Below are positions 8,935 to 17,795 of a stretch of DNA of 64,000 nt, piece by piece. Where the stretch lies: assembly GCA_965372795.1 (NCBI GenBank), contig CBDVDR010000009.1, positions 32,001 through 96,000 of the forward strand. Direction: 5' to 3'. The translations under genes and the position numbers were made by a program. The stretch is from an uncultured bacterium (GTDB lineage Bacteria; Zixibacteria; MSB-5A5; GN15; FEB-12). The notes under the pieces were generated by a model, which worked only from the letters and a program-made list of their open reading frames with translations, did not search any database and was not told the DNA's origin. Numbering within the stretch: the first letter of the stretch is position 1; each line of letters begins with the position of its first letter.

Positions 8935-11259
8935 TTAATAAGGATTCCCGCAAGGCAGCGGTCCTTTGTTAAATAAATATGAGACAAAAATTGTTAAATC
9001 AGAAATATTAATTGTAAAATCACAATTCATATCACCCACTATTCGTTCTGGTTCCGGTTCGGCTCCCTTATTGAAAATATATTCAACCAGCTTTACAAGA
9101 TCAGTTACATTAATTTCGGCATTGTAATCCCAGTCACCATGGAATCTCCACACTTTGAGAAGCATCGCAACCTTTTGAGGAGAATTAACTGCATCTTCAG
9201 ATGTCACCGTAAAGGAGTCAGGATAAATCCCAAAAACCATCCCGGTCGCATCAACATTAAAAGCTGAAATTCCTTGCACCTCGCCTGAGATAACACTTGG
9301 ATTAAACCACGAGACCGATTCATTTAGTTCCCAGGCTAAACATCCGCCGTATTTATTGTTTATTGTGATTCCAAAAGCTAATCCGGGAACAGAGTTTTCC
9401 TGCACCGGAATTACATAACTGGGGTTTGAAATCACAAGTTCCGGCGGTTGATCCCCTGCAATAACATTATATTTTACAATCATAGTATCTGTTTTATTTA
9501 TTGAGGTTGAGGCGTTTACTACTATTGTATCAAAATATAATCCGACCGGTAACCCAAGTAAGTTAGCTGTGGCTATAACATACAATGGTGCCTCTCCACC
9601 AGCTTGGTTCAAATCAAAATAGATTGATTCATACTCAAGATCAAAAAAGAGCGGATCGTCTCCTCCCGAATTTTGTATCAGGAAATTTGAGGTCGGAGGT
9701 TCGATACCCGCACCCATTGTACATTCATATACTGTGATTGAAAGAGTATCCTGCAAAATATTTATTTCAGCAGGAGTATTTGTAAAGTGCATATGAAAGA
9801 CTACCGGTTGGGGCGAGTTGATCGCTTCGTTCGAATAAACCCAAACCGTATCCATGAAATCATCGCCGTCACTCCCGGCTACAACTTTAAACCCTACCTC
9901 AACCTCATCAGGCACAGTACCACTGGTAGGAGTCAGAGTCAAAATTCGCGGTGAATCCTCTTCTACCCAATACGACATCGACCCGGCGCCACCATTTGAA
10001 ATACTGAAAGTCCAGGGAGGAATAGAACTTGTCGGTGTTGGGATATTGACATAATTAAACTGGTCGTGGACTTCAATAATAGGGAGATCGGAACCAATCC
10101 CCAAATAGACGGGAATCGAAACTGGACTGTTGGAAGCACTTGGATCAGTAATAACGATCATATCAAAATAATTATCGAATGCTAATCCGGTTATATCAAC
10201 CGTTAATGTAATAACCTCTGCTTCTGTTCCGGAAACAGGGCTTAAATTTAACCAGGGTTCAGAATTGGAAATTATCCAATTTAAAGTCTGCCCGCCGCTG
10301 TTTAAAATTGTAAAAGTCTTACTGGCCGGATTACTGCCACCTGCTACAGCATTAAAATAAAATTCAGTTTCACTGACTTCAATTACCGGCGGTGGAGCTT
10401 CAATATTAACGGTCACCTTTACTTCCTGAGGTGAATTATCCGCATCACCTGAAACGACTAAGATCGTTTCACTATAATTACCGGCAGCTAATCCTGAAAT
10501 ATCAATCAAAGCATTTATTGATTTTGGCGTTGTACCTTGATCTGGTGAAAGAATCAACCAACCTGAATTTTCAAACAGATCAAAATTAAGAGGTCCGCCA
10601 TCGGAGCTGACAGTAAAGTTTTGAGATACCGGATTTGAGCCGCCTTCCAATGCCGAAAAATGAATTGAATCGGTTGATACAATCAAATTTGAAGTTGTCG
10701 GGGCTGTCGGATCAAAAATCGTATAACAGAATGGTCCGCCCCAATCGGGAAACTTATCCCCCTCAGGAGTTGACCAGGTCCATTGGCTAATCGGAGGATA
10801 GAAAGTTGAATCGATACAAATATCCCCCTGATGATATGAAGCATCAATAGGACCAACTGTAATCGTATAGGTTATTTCATTAAATCCATCAGGGATACCT
10901 GTGGCAAACAAACGGAAACCTGCAAACCCAATCGTATCAGCCCCCATGCCATCTAAACTAAACTCATTAACAAAAACTTGTTCGAACATTGAGGGTGTAA
11001 TAGTTCCGGTTAGTGCCGGAACCGTTTGAGCCCATTGAGCATCCGAATTAGAATAAATCCTAAAACCGTTGCTGTGCCCCGTCACATTGACACCGGAATT
11101 ATTATTGGTTCTTATATAAAATGTTATCGGCGTGTTGATATTTAAGGTATCAGTATTCCATAACCCATCAACATGATCAATTGTGTAAACACCCTGCCCC
11201 TGTCCAAAAGCTGCTAATGGTAGAACTGCTATAAGTAAGAACCAGCAAAATCTTTTCAT
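8935..11259 (-). CDS. Secreted multidomain protein: putative cohesin-like N-domain, BACON-like repeats, C-terminal dockerin
   Basis: GGAGG RBS before MKRFCWF signal peptide; repeated 'F.A..GGSNP.S..FT....G...W....P..G' units; GDWDYNAEINVTDL / GDMNCDFTINISDL. Confidence 0.8.
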   Translation of the reverse strand: MKRFCWFLLIAVLPLAAFGQGQGVYTIDHVDGLWNTDTLNINTPITFYIRTNNNSGVNVTGHSNGFRIYSNSDAQWAQTVPALTGTITPSMFEQVFVNEFSLDGMGADTIGFAGFRLFATGIPDGFNEITYTITVGPIDASYHQGDICIDSTFYPPISQWTWSTPEGDKFPDWGGPFCYTIFDPTAPTTSNLIVSTDSIHFSALEGGSNPVSQNFTVSSDGGPLNFDLFENSGWLILSPDQGTTPKSINALIDISGLAAGNYSETILVVSGDADNSPQEVKVTVNIEAPPPVIEVSETEFYFNAVAGGSNPASKTFTILNSGGQTLNWIISNSEPWLNLSPVSGTEAEVITLTVDITGLAFDNYFDMIVITDPSASNSPVSIPVYLGIGSDLPIIEVHDQFNYVNIPTPTSSIPPWTFSISNGGAGSMSYWVEEDSPRILTLTPTSGTVPDEVEVGFKVVAGSDGDDFMDTVWVYSNEAINSPQPVVFHMHFTNTPAEINILQDTLSITVYECTMGAGIEPPTSNFLIQNSGGDDPLFFDLEYESIYFDLNQAGGEAPLYVIATANLLGLPVGLYFDTIVVNASTSINKTDTMIVKYNVIAGDQPPELVISNPSYVIPVQENSVPGLAFGITINNKYGGCLAWELNESVSWFNPSVISGEVQGISAFNVDATGMVFGIYPDSFTVTSEDAVNSPQKVAMLLKVWRFHGDWDYNAEINVTDLVKLVEYIFNKGAEPEPERIVGDMNCDFTINISDLTIFVSYLFNKGPLPCGNPY

Positions 11260-11467
11260 CGAAGCCTCCATGCGATAAGAATAAGCTATTACTTCAATTT
11301 AAGACGCAAATACTCCGACAAACAAAAGATGTAAGAAAATTTTTTTTATAATTAAGTAAAACAGATCATATAGTATGATTCGAAAAGTATTTATCGTCCT
11401 TTTTCTTTAAAATACTAATCTTTTATCAATTTTGTCAAGGGAAAAAGAATGGACAAATTGAATCAAT

Positions 11468-13957
11468 TTATTTCTTAACAGTCCGGGCGACTTTGGATTT
11501 TGTTTTTGAAATGGTTTTCTTTTTCTTGGCTTTGCGGGATTTCCTTTTTGCCTTTTCTATTTCTTCGGCAAAAACTTTTTCAAGAGTGAAAGTCGAAGGA
11601 GTAAAATCAAGCAGACAAACTTCAAATAACTCATCTACTCGTTCAATATAAGTAAATTTCATTTTTCTGATGATCTCTTTAGGGAGCTCTTTAAGATCTT
11701 TCTCATTCTCTTTTGGAATTGCCACATGATATATCCCGGAACGATAGGCAGCGGATATCTTCTCTTTTATCCCTCCTACCGGAAGAACTTTTCCGCGAAG
11801 TGTTATCTCGCCGGTCATTGCCACATCATTTCTAATCGGGCGTTCTGCCATCACCGAAGCTATAACCAAACAAACGGTAATACCGGCTGATGGTCCATCC
11901 TTTGGAATGGCTCCCGATGGAAAGTGAACGTGTATATCAAACTCATTAAAATCATTATAATCAATACCAAGCATATCAGCTTTTGAGCGAACATAAGAAA
12001 ACGCAGCTTGAATAGATTCGCGCATGACTTCCCCAAGCGAACCGGTTGTGAAAATCTGCCCGTCACCTTTCATCTTCAAGCCTTCAATAAACATCAGATC
12101 ACCGCCGGATCCGGTCCAGGCTAAACCGTTGGCCGAACCTATTTCCGGTTGATTGTCTGGCTTTTCTGGAATAAATATTGACTGACCGAGGAAACTTTCA
12201 AGGTTTTTTTCACTTACCCGCCAGGTACTTTTACTTTTTTCAGCTTTTTGAAGAGCAATTTTTCTGAATATTTTTTCAATTTGCTGAGAAAATCCGGAAA
12301 GTCCGGCTTCAAGAGTATAATAATTAATAATCTTTGAAAGAATCTTCTCTGTATATTTAACTTCTGATTTCAAAATACCATGTTTTTTAAGTAAGCTTGG
12401 GATAATATACCGCTTGGCAATTACAATCTTTTCTCTCTCAATATATCCGGGAAATTCTAAAATTTCCATTCGTTCGATAAACTGCTCCGGTATCTCTTCA
12501 TAGGATCGTACCGCACAGATAAAAAATATCCGACTAAGATCAAAGGGTACGCCAATATAGTTATCTAAAAAGCGATTATTTCGACGATTATCAATAACAT
12601 CAAGAAGAGCCATGTTCACCGAAGAATCATTGTCCAAATTGAAATAATCTATATCTTCGATCAAAATCACAGGATCACATGAACCCGCATCTTTTAATGT
12701 ACGGATTATCCTGCCCGGCATTGCGCCCAGAAATGTTCGTGGGTTCCCTTTGATTTCTGAAGCATCAGAAATCCCGCCGGCGGATATACGAATAAACTCT
12801 TTACCCAGCGCATGAGCGATTGCCCGTGCCAGGGAGGCTTTTCCGGTTCCGTGAGCTCCGACCAGGCAAAGTGCCGGACCTTCATTGACGCCGCCTAACA
12901 ACTTTCTCACTGAAAGTCTCTGAAGAATCTGTTCTTTAATATTTTTAGGTCCGAAATATTCGTTTGATAGGATTTTCTCTACATCAGAGATTTTGTATTC
13001 TTCTGAAGAAAATTTGCCCCAGGGCAAAGATAATATCCAGTCAAGATAATTTTTTGTCACACCATACTCAGCTGATGCTGTTGATAATTGTGATAACCGG
13101 TCGGCTTCAATTATCGCTCGTGATTTAACTTCTGCCGGCAACAATGAATCCGCTTTTATTATTTTTTTAATCCGGGAAGCTTCTTTTTCTTCAGTAAAAT
13201 CTTCTCCAAGCTGTTTTCGAATCTCATGTAATTGAAGTTTCAAATAATTCTTCTCTTGCTCCCGTTCCATGAGTGATTTGACGTTGCTGTCAATCTTATG
13301 AGTTGTTGCAGCCCGGTTTAGCTCAAGATTCAAATGATAAAGCAATTTCTCAAAACGAGCCCGCAAATTCACTATTTCAAGAATTTCCTGTTTGGATTGA
13401 AGCGGCAGACAGAAATTTGCTGCGACGGCATCAACAAAACAGGATGGATCGGTATCATTCATTTCCAATATATGTAATAATTCAGGGGAATATGTCGTGT
13501 CCAGATTGATGATTTCATGAGTTATTTCATTAACATTATCTATCAGCGAATCAATATTTTTGGGCTTGTAACTCGGCGCCTGAAGTTTGTCAGCAGTAGC
13601 AACAACAAATGGTTCTACATTTAAAATTTTATTTAAAACAACTCTTCGAATACCTTCAATTGTAACATTCAAAGAGTTTCCCGACCCTTTACGACTATCC
13701 CGTACTTTAGCAATAACTCCAACCTGACTAAGAAAAGGCGTTTTTCCACTATTCTCAGGCTTTGCTGAATACGAGGCGACAAACTCCACCCGTTTGGATA
13801 GACAATGCTCTATCAGCTTCAAATTTGAAGCCTGTCCGACCTGCAAAGTCATCATCATACCCGGAAATAATACCCCTGTCTTAAGCGGTAAAACCGGATA
13901 TTCTTCGACCATATCGGTAGCCAATATCGGTAAACTATGTTTTGTTTTAATAATCAT
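11468..13957 (-). CDS. lon: Lon (LonA) protease homolog with a degenerate AAA+ module
   Basis: Lon N-domain (PVLPLKTGVLFPG), YLDWILSLPW, GLAWT..GG, HVHFPSGAIPKDGPSAG, GGIKEK. Confidence 0.9.
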   Translation of the reverse strand: MIIKTKHSLPILATDMVEEYPVLPLKTGVLFPGMMMTLQVGQASNLKLIEHCLSKRVEFVASYSAKPENSGKTPFLSQVGVIAKVRDSRKGSGNSLNVTIEGIRRVVLNKILNVEPFVVATADKLQAPSYKPKNIDSLIDNVNEITHEIINLDTTYSPELLHILEMNDTDPSCFVDAVAANFCLPLQSKQEILEIVNLRARFEKLLYHLNLELNRAATTHKIDSNVKSLMEREQEKNYLKLQLHEIRKQLGEDFTEEKEASRIKKIIKADSLLPAEVKSRAIIEADRLSQLSTASAEYGVTKNYLDWILSLPWGKFSSEEYKISDVEKILSNEYFGPKNIKEQILQRLSVRKLLGGVNEGPALCLVGAHGTGKASLARAIAHALGKEFIRISAGGISDASEIKGNPRTFLGAMPGRIIRTLKDAGSCDPVILIEDIDYFNLDNDSSVNMALLDVIDNRRNNRFLDNYIGVPFDLSRIFFICAVRSYEEIPEQFIERMEILEFPGYIEREKIVIAKRYIIPSLLKKHGILKSEVKYTEKILSKIINYYTLEAGLSGFSQQIEKIFRKIALQKAEKSKSTWRVSEKNLESFLGQSIFIPEKPDNQPEIGSANGLAWTGSGGDLMFIEGLKMKGDGQIFTTGSLGEVMRESIQAAFSYVRSKADMLGIDYNDFNEFDIHVHFPSGAIPKDGPSAGITVCLVIASVMAERPIRNDVAMTGEITLRGKVLPVGGIKEKISAAYRSGIYHVAIPKENEKDLKELPKEIIRKMKFTYIERVDELFEVCLLDFTPSTFTLEKVFAEEIEKAKRKSRKAKKKKTISKTKSKVARTVKK

Positions 13958-14127
13958 TTGTTCTATTTTATTGTTATCGGCTTAACTTAATGTGTCTTCA
14001 TACTGACACCATACATTTCTTCTTTTTTATAACAATTGACAATTTGCCAACTCTATTTCTTTTAACAAGTCAATCCTTATATCCGTTCCTTGATATTTTT
14101 TAAGCTTACCAAATTGATTTAGCCTAC

Positions 14128-14157
14128 AAAAAAACCCCAATAGAATTGGGGCTTTTT
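14128..14157 (-). terminator. Intrinsic terminator after the helicase gene
   Basis: aaaaaaa-ccccaat-aga-attgggg-cttttt hairpin. Confidence 0.7.
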
Positions 14158-14176
14158 GTCAATTTTAGCCTGAAAT

Positions 14177-17038
14177 TTATATCCGGCTTTCACCATACAA
14201 ATCGTTTTGAGGTGACGGCGTAAACCTTTTAACGGAAACCGACTGTTCTCGGGTGTCAAAATTTAAAGCCAGCTCCTGAAGCTCGTAATCCGGATTATCC
14301 TTGAGATTTCCAAAATCGATCTTAATTTTAGATGGCTCAACATTAAGCCGGTAATAACCGAGCCGATTATTTTCGATAATTTGCCAGTCCATCCTTAAAC
14401 CGGAATTCAGCTCGTTTTTCATCCGATAAAGATATCGCGCCTGATTGAAACCAACCTCGATATCCTCTTTGTAAATCCAGCCCGCCCCGTCAGAAATCCG
14501 GGCACATGCTAGCTTGGTAAAATACTTAAACGACTTCCCGGTCAGACGAACTGGAAAACCGTTTATCTTAATCAAATACCGCTCCCGCTCATAACCGCCA
14601 TCAATCTCAATTAATTCCGGTTTGGAAAACAGTACTGCCCCGCCATCATTAAGCCCCACATCCTTCATTGTGGTTTCGGTCCTCACTTGAACCTCCTCTT
14701 TAATTAAATCTGTTTTATCATTAACTATCTTTGACTTATCCATATTGACTATTACGCTGTGAATATCTTCGACGGTCATATTACATAACTGCGAAAGCTC
14801 CTCAACGCCTGCTTTCTGCAGGGCGATATAGTCATTTCTATTCAAAATATTTTTAAAATACTTCTGCCATTCCTGCCAATTCGAGCTCATCCCCCAGCGC
14901 AGTGAAAAAGCGTATTTCTCCAACTGCTCTCTGGTTGTCTGATTTTGCTCGGTAACCTCAACCAGACTTGCCAGAGCCAGAACCAGATGAGCCGCCGTCT
15001 CTCCCAAATAGGTGATCTGCCCCAGATGAATCTGAAAACGTTCTTCTATCCGCCGTACCGGCATCATGGAAGACCATTCACAAAGCAGTAAAACTGCCTT
15101 CAATGATGCTGCCCCGCGATAGGTCAGTGGCTCATTCCGGTGACTTTCCGGTAACAGCCAGCCGGCATCACTCAAAAGATGATCGTAACGGCGATAAAGA
15201 ATTTTCAAAGGTTCATTTTCCGCCAGTTCATATCGGGACAGAATCGACGGCGGAAGACTCCAGCAGGGACCGCTTAACGCCAGCGAAACCCAGCCGGCTA
15301 AACTTTCAGGACACCCTCGCCTTGATTTTAATTTCCGTAAATAGTAAACCGCCTCACGAACCGACAAACCGGATTTTGAGGTCACATCACCCAATTTAGT
15401 TGGCGACAAAGTCTCTTTATTTTCGACATTATCATATTTTAAAAAACTCTTATCAATCAGCAACTGCACCGCCTCGTCAAAATCAAAAGCACTGATCGCC
15501 TCACTCTCATTTAAACGGGCATGTAAAGTCTGTCGATATAGCTCGACAAGAGAACCGGAGCTATCGGCAAGGCGCGAAACGACCATATCAAGTATCCAGT
15601 CAATCAGCGGTATCCCGGAAAAGGCTGACTTCATCGGCTCCTGCTGTTCTCCAGCAATATAATTATTCCATAGCACATCACGATCAAATGAACTCTCCGC
15701 CAGTACCACCGCCCGGCCCGAACAGTTGCTTTGATTGCCAATCAAACGACCGGCACGACCCGTCATATTATCAAATTCCGCCCGGCTTACCGGCACCAGC
15801 ATCGGCTGATCATGGTACTCGCCCGAAACATATTTTACCGTCTCCAGATAAACCGTGTCAACCGGAAGATTCACCCCCATAGCTAAAGTAGTAGTTGAGA
15901 TTATTACTCTAATCTCTTTATTTGCAAAAGATTGCTCAACGATTTGCCTTTGACCTAAAGTAAGGTCGGAACTGTGAAAGGCTATTCCGCGACTCATCAC
16001 CTGGCACAATGAGCGAATCAAAAACGACGGTTCTTCATCCTCAAGTTGCTTTATTGCCTGTGAAGCGCTCCCCCAGTTCACCGAGGCAGCCAGCCGGAAA
16101 GCACAATTGACCGTATCCATTCTTGACTTCAAAAAGATCAGCGTCGAACCTTCGGCGGCTTTGATCTGCTTGATAAATGAGTCAAACAAATTATCACCGG
16201 GATCATCACCCGGAAAGGGCTCGCTTCCGTCAAGATGACTGTTGAAAGATCGATAACAGAATTTACCCCCGGCAGCCACGCCCCGAATCAAATCAACCGG
16301 ACGGGAACTCTCCTCAACCAGCGTTGCCTCCATCCATTCAGCCAATTGCTCACCCGAACTGGCGTAACCAGTGTGACCGGCATAGCCAGCGTGACCGGCA
16401 TAACCAGTGGGATTGGCATAGCCATCATTATCACATTCGATGCTGTTATTGATTACTGCCGAAAGTCCTATCAGCGATGGCTTGTAGACCGAGGCTTTAA
16501 TTTTGGTCAGCAGGCGCTCAAGAATCGCTCCTCTTCCCGGCTCGCTGATAGTCTGGATTTCATCGATCAGAACCATGCCGATATTTTTCAGATTGTCCAT
16601 TGAGGAAGTCAGAAGCATATCAAGTTTTTCATAGATAGCAACCGCAATTTGATAATTGCCGGAGCTGAAAGCTTTGTCATTTTCAGGATGATCGCCGGTA
16701 ACAATCAGACATTTGATCCCCATGGATGAATAGGTTTCATTGAACAGACGATATTTTTGTTCCGCCAGAGATTTGAGCGGAAACAGCATAATTACTTTCT
16801 GACGTACCGTTAAAGCGCGCATAGCCGCCATCTCAGCACAAAACGATTTCCCCGATGAAGTCGGAGCCGCAATCAGCATATTAACCGATTGATAACGGCT
16901 GTTACCGGTCGGTCGGCCAATCAGACCTTTGCGGACAGCTTTGCTTTGTACCGGAAGCAAGGCTTCGCCCTGGCGTTTCTGCCAGATATCAATGACCCGT
17001 TTCGGGATTCCATACTTTTCAAGTTCAATTAGTTGCAT
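14177..17038 (-). CDS. Ski2/Hel308-like SF2 DEAD/DEAH-box helicase with a C-terminal winged-helix-like domain
   Basis: Q motif LLPVQ, Walker A APTSSGKS, PLKSLAEQK, DEIQ, LSA, FHSSDL, TTTLAMGVNLP, MTGRAGR; C-terminal ..IIENNRLGYYRL resembles an OmpR-type wing. Confidence 0.88.
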   Translation of the reverse strand: MQLIELEKYGIPKRVIDIWQKRQGEALLPVQSKAVRKGLIGRPTGNSRYQSVNMLIAAPTSSGKSFCAEMAAMRALTVRQKVIMLFPLKSLAEQKYRLFNETYSSMGIKCLIVTGDHPENDKAFSSGNYQIAVAIYEKLDMLLTSSMDNLKNIGMVLIDEIQTISEPGRGAILERLLTKIKASVYKPSLIGLSAVINNSIECDNDGYANPTGYAGHAGYAGHTGYASSGEQLAEWMEATLVEESSRPVDLIRGVAAGGKFCYRSFNSHLDGSEPFPGDDPGDNLFDSFIKQIKAAEGSTLIFLKSRMDTVNCAFRLAASVNWGSASQAIKQLEDEEPSFLIRSLCQVMSRGIAFHSSDLTLGQRQIVEQSFANKEIRVIISTTTLAMGVNLPVDTVYLETVKYVSGEYHDQPMLVPVSRAEFDNMTGRAGRLIGNQSNCSGRAVVLAESSFDRDVLWNNYIAGEQQEPMKSAFSGIPLIDWILDMVVSRLADSSGSLVELYRQTLHARLNESEAISAFDFDEAVQLLIDKSFLKYDNVENKETLSPTKLGDVTSKSGLSVREAVYYLRKLKSRRGCPESLAGWVSLALSGPCWSLPPSILSRYELAENEPLKILYRRYDHLLSDAGWLLPESHRNEPLTYRGAASLKAVLLLCEWSSMMPVRRIEERFQIHLGQITYLGETAAHLVLALASLVEVTEQNQTTREQLEKYAFSLRWGMSSNWQEWQKYFKNILNRNDYIALQKAGVEELSQLCNMTVEDIHSVIVNMDKSKIVNDKTDLIKEEVQVRTETTMKDVGLNDGGAVLFSKPELIEIDGGYERERYLIKINGFPVRLTGKSFKYFTKLACARISDGAGWIYKEDIEVGFNQARYLYRMKNELNSGLRMDWQIIENNRLGYYRLNVEPSKIKIDFGNLKDNPDYELQELALNFDTREQSVSVKRFTPSPQNDLYGESRI
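16361..16424. repeat. About 3.5 in-frame 18-bp tandem repeats inside the helicase gene
   Basis: ggcgtaaccagtgtgacc / ggcatagccagcgtgacc / ggcataaccagtgggatt / ggcatagcca; encodes GYANPT-GYAGHA-GYAGHT-GYA. Confidence 0.85.
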
Positions 17039-17166
17039 AATGTCTCGTCCCTCTCTGTTCCTGCGTTGTTCACAGACTTCGTCTGATTATTCTCTTCGTC
17101 TGGTTATTCCAAACTCCTATTTTTCAAAAATTCCAACTCCCCCGTTTAGCTCCTATTCTCAGAAAA

Positions 17167-17246
17167 CATTAAAGCCACCCAGTGGCTCAACGCCAACTCG
17201 TGACTCATATACTACCCAGTGGCATTAAAGTCACTCAGTGGCTTAA
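17167..17246. repeat. Two 24-bp direct repeats plus one partial copy, each with a palindromic core
   Basis: cattaaagccacccagtggctcaa (17167-17190), cattaaagtcactcagtggcttaa (17223-17246), actacccagtggca (17211-17224). Confidence 0.8.
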
Positions 17247-17455
17247 ATGCTACAGCTTTCAAATCCACAACCCGGACAACTGTGACAGCTCCCCAATCTG
17301 ACCATACCGCTTCCGCAATCGGGACAGGAACCATCGTTGAGATAGCTGTAATTTTCGCTCTGATTATCTTCTTCGTATCCCCCGCGATTCACACCAAACA
17401 TCATCCCTGTATTAAGAGCCATCTCTTCGTTGTTATTGTAAGATTGCATTGACAT
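17243..17455 (-). CDS. Small stand-alone Zn-ribbon protein resembling the C-terminal ribbon of class II ribonucleotide reductases
   Basis: AAGGAG RBS; CPDCG..VRLGSCHSCPGCGFESCS. Confidence 0.75.
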   Translation of the reverse strand: MSMQSYNNNEEMALNTGMMFGVNRGGYEEDNQSENYSYLNDGSCPDCGSGMVRLGSCHSCPGCGFESCSI

Positions 17456-17491
17456 CTCCTTTGCCTTATTAGTTCAAATCAGCGTAAAACC

Positions 17492-17520
17492 ATAATACTG
17501 CACATTTGTGCACTTGTCAA
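17492..17520 (-). promoter_or_regulatory. Sigma70-type promoter with a palindromic operator in the spacer (candidate LexA box)
   Basis: Minus strand TTGACA-17 nt-TATTAT; the spacer contains TGCAC-N4-GTGCA (17499-17512). Confidence 0.75.
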
Positions 17521-17673
17521 GCAGGATTTACAGATTTAATACTTATTTTTTGAGATTATTAGATAAGTTATTGGTAGAGTGGGGATTGGTTGATTTGATT
17601 GTCGGATTATTTTTGCTTCTGATGCGAGAATCCACCCTGCATTTACTTAGTAGCCATTAATCAGTGCAGGAGA

Positions 17674-17733
17674 GTAGGTCAGGAGGCGTGCCCTCCTGAC
17701 ATCTTCGACAACATCACAGGGGCTCTGTCCTAC
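17674..17733. repeat. Inverted pair of GTAG REP-like hairpins (REPIN-like)
   Basis: GTAG-GTCAGGAGG-cgtgc-CCTCCTGAC on + (17674-17700) and GTAG-GACAGAGC-ccctgt-GATGTTGTC on - (17707-17733). Confidence 0.7.
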
Positions 17734-17795
17734 TTTTACTGCATACTGAGATAAGGAAAATGATGGACTTATCCACAGAAAATAGTAAAAAATGA

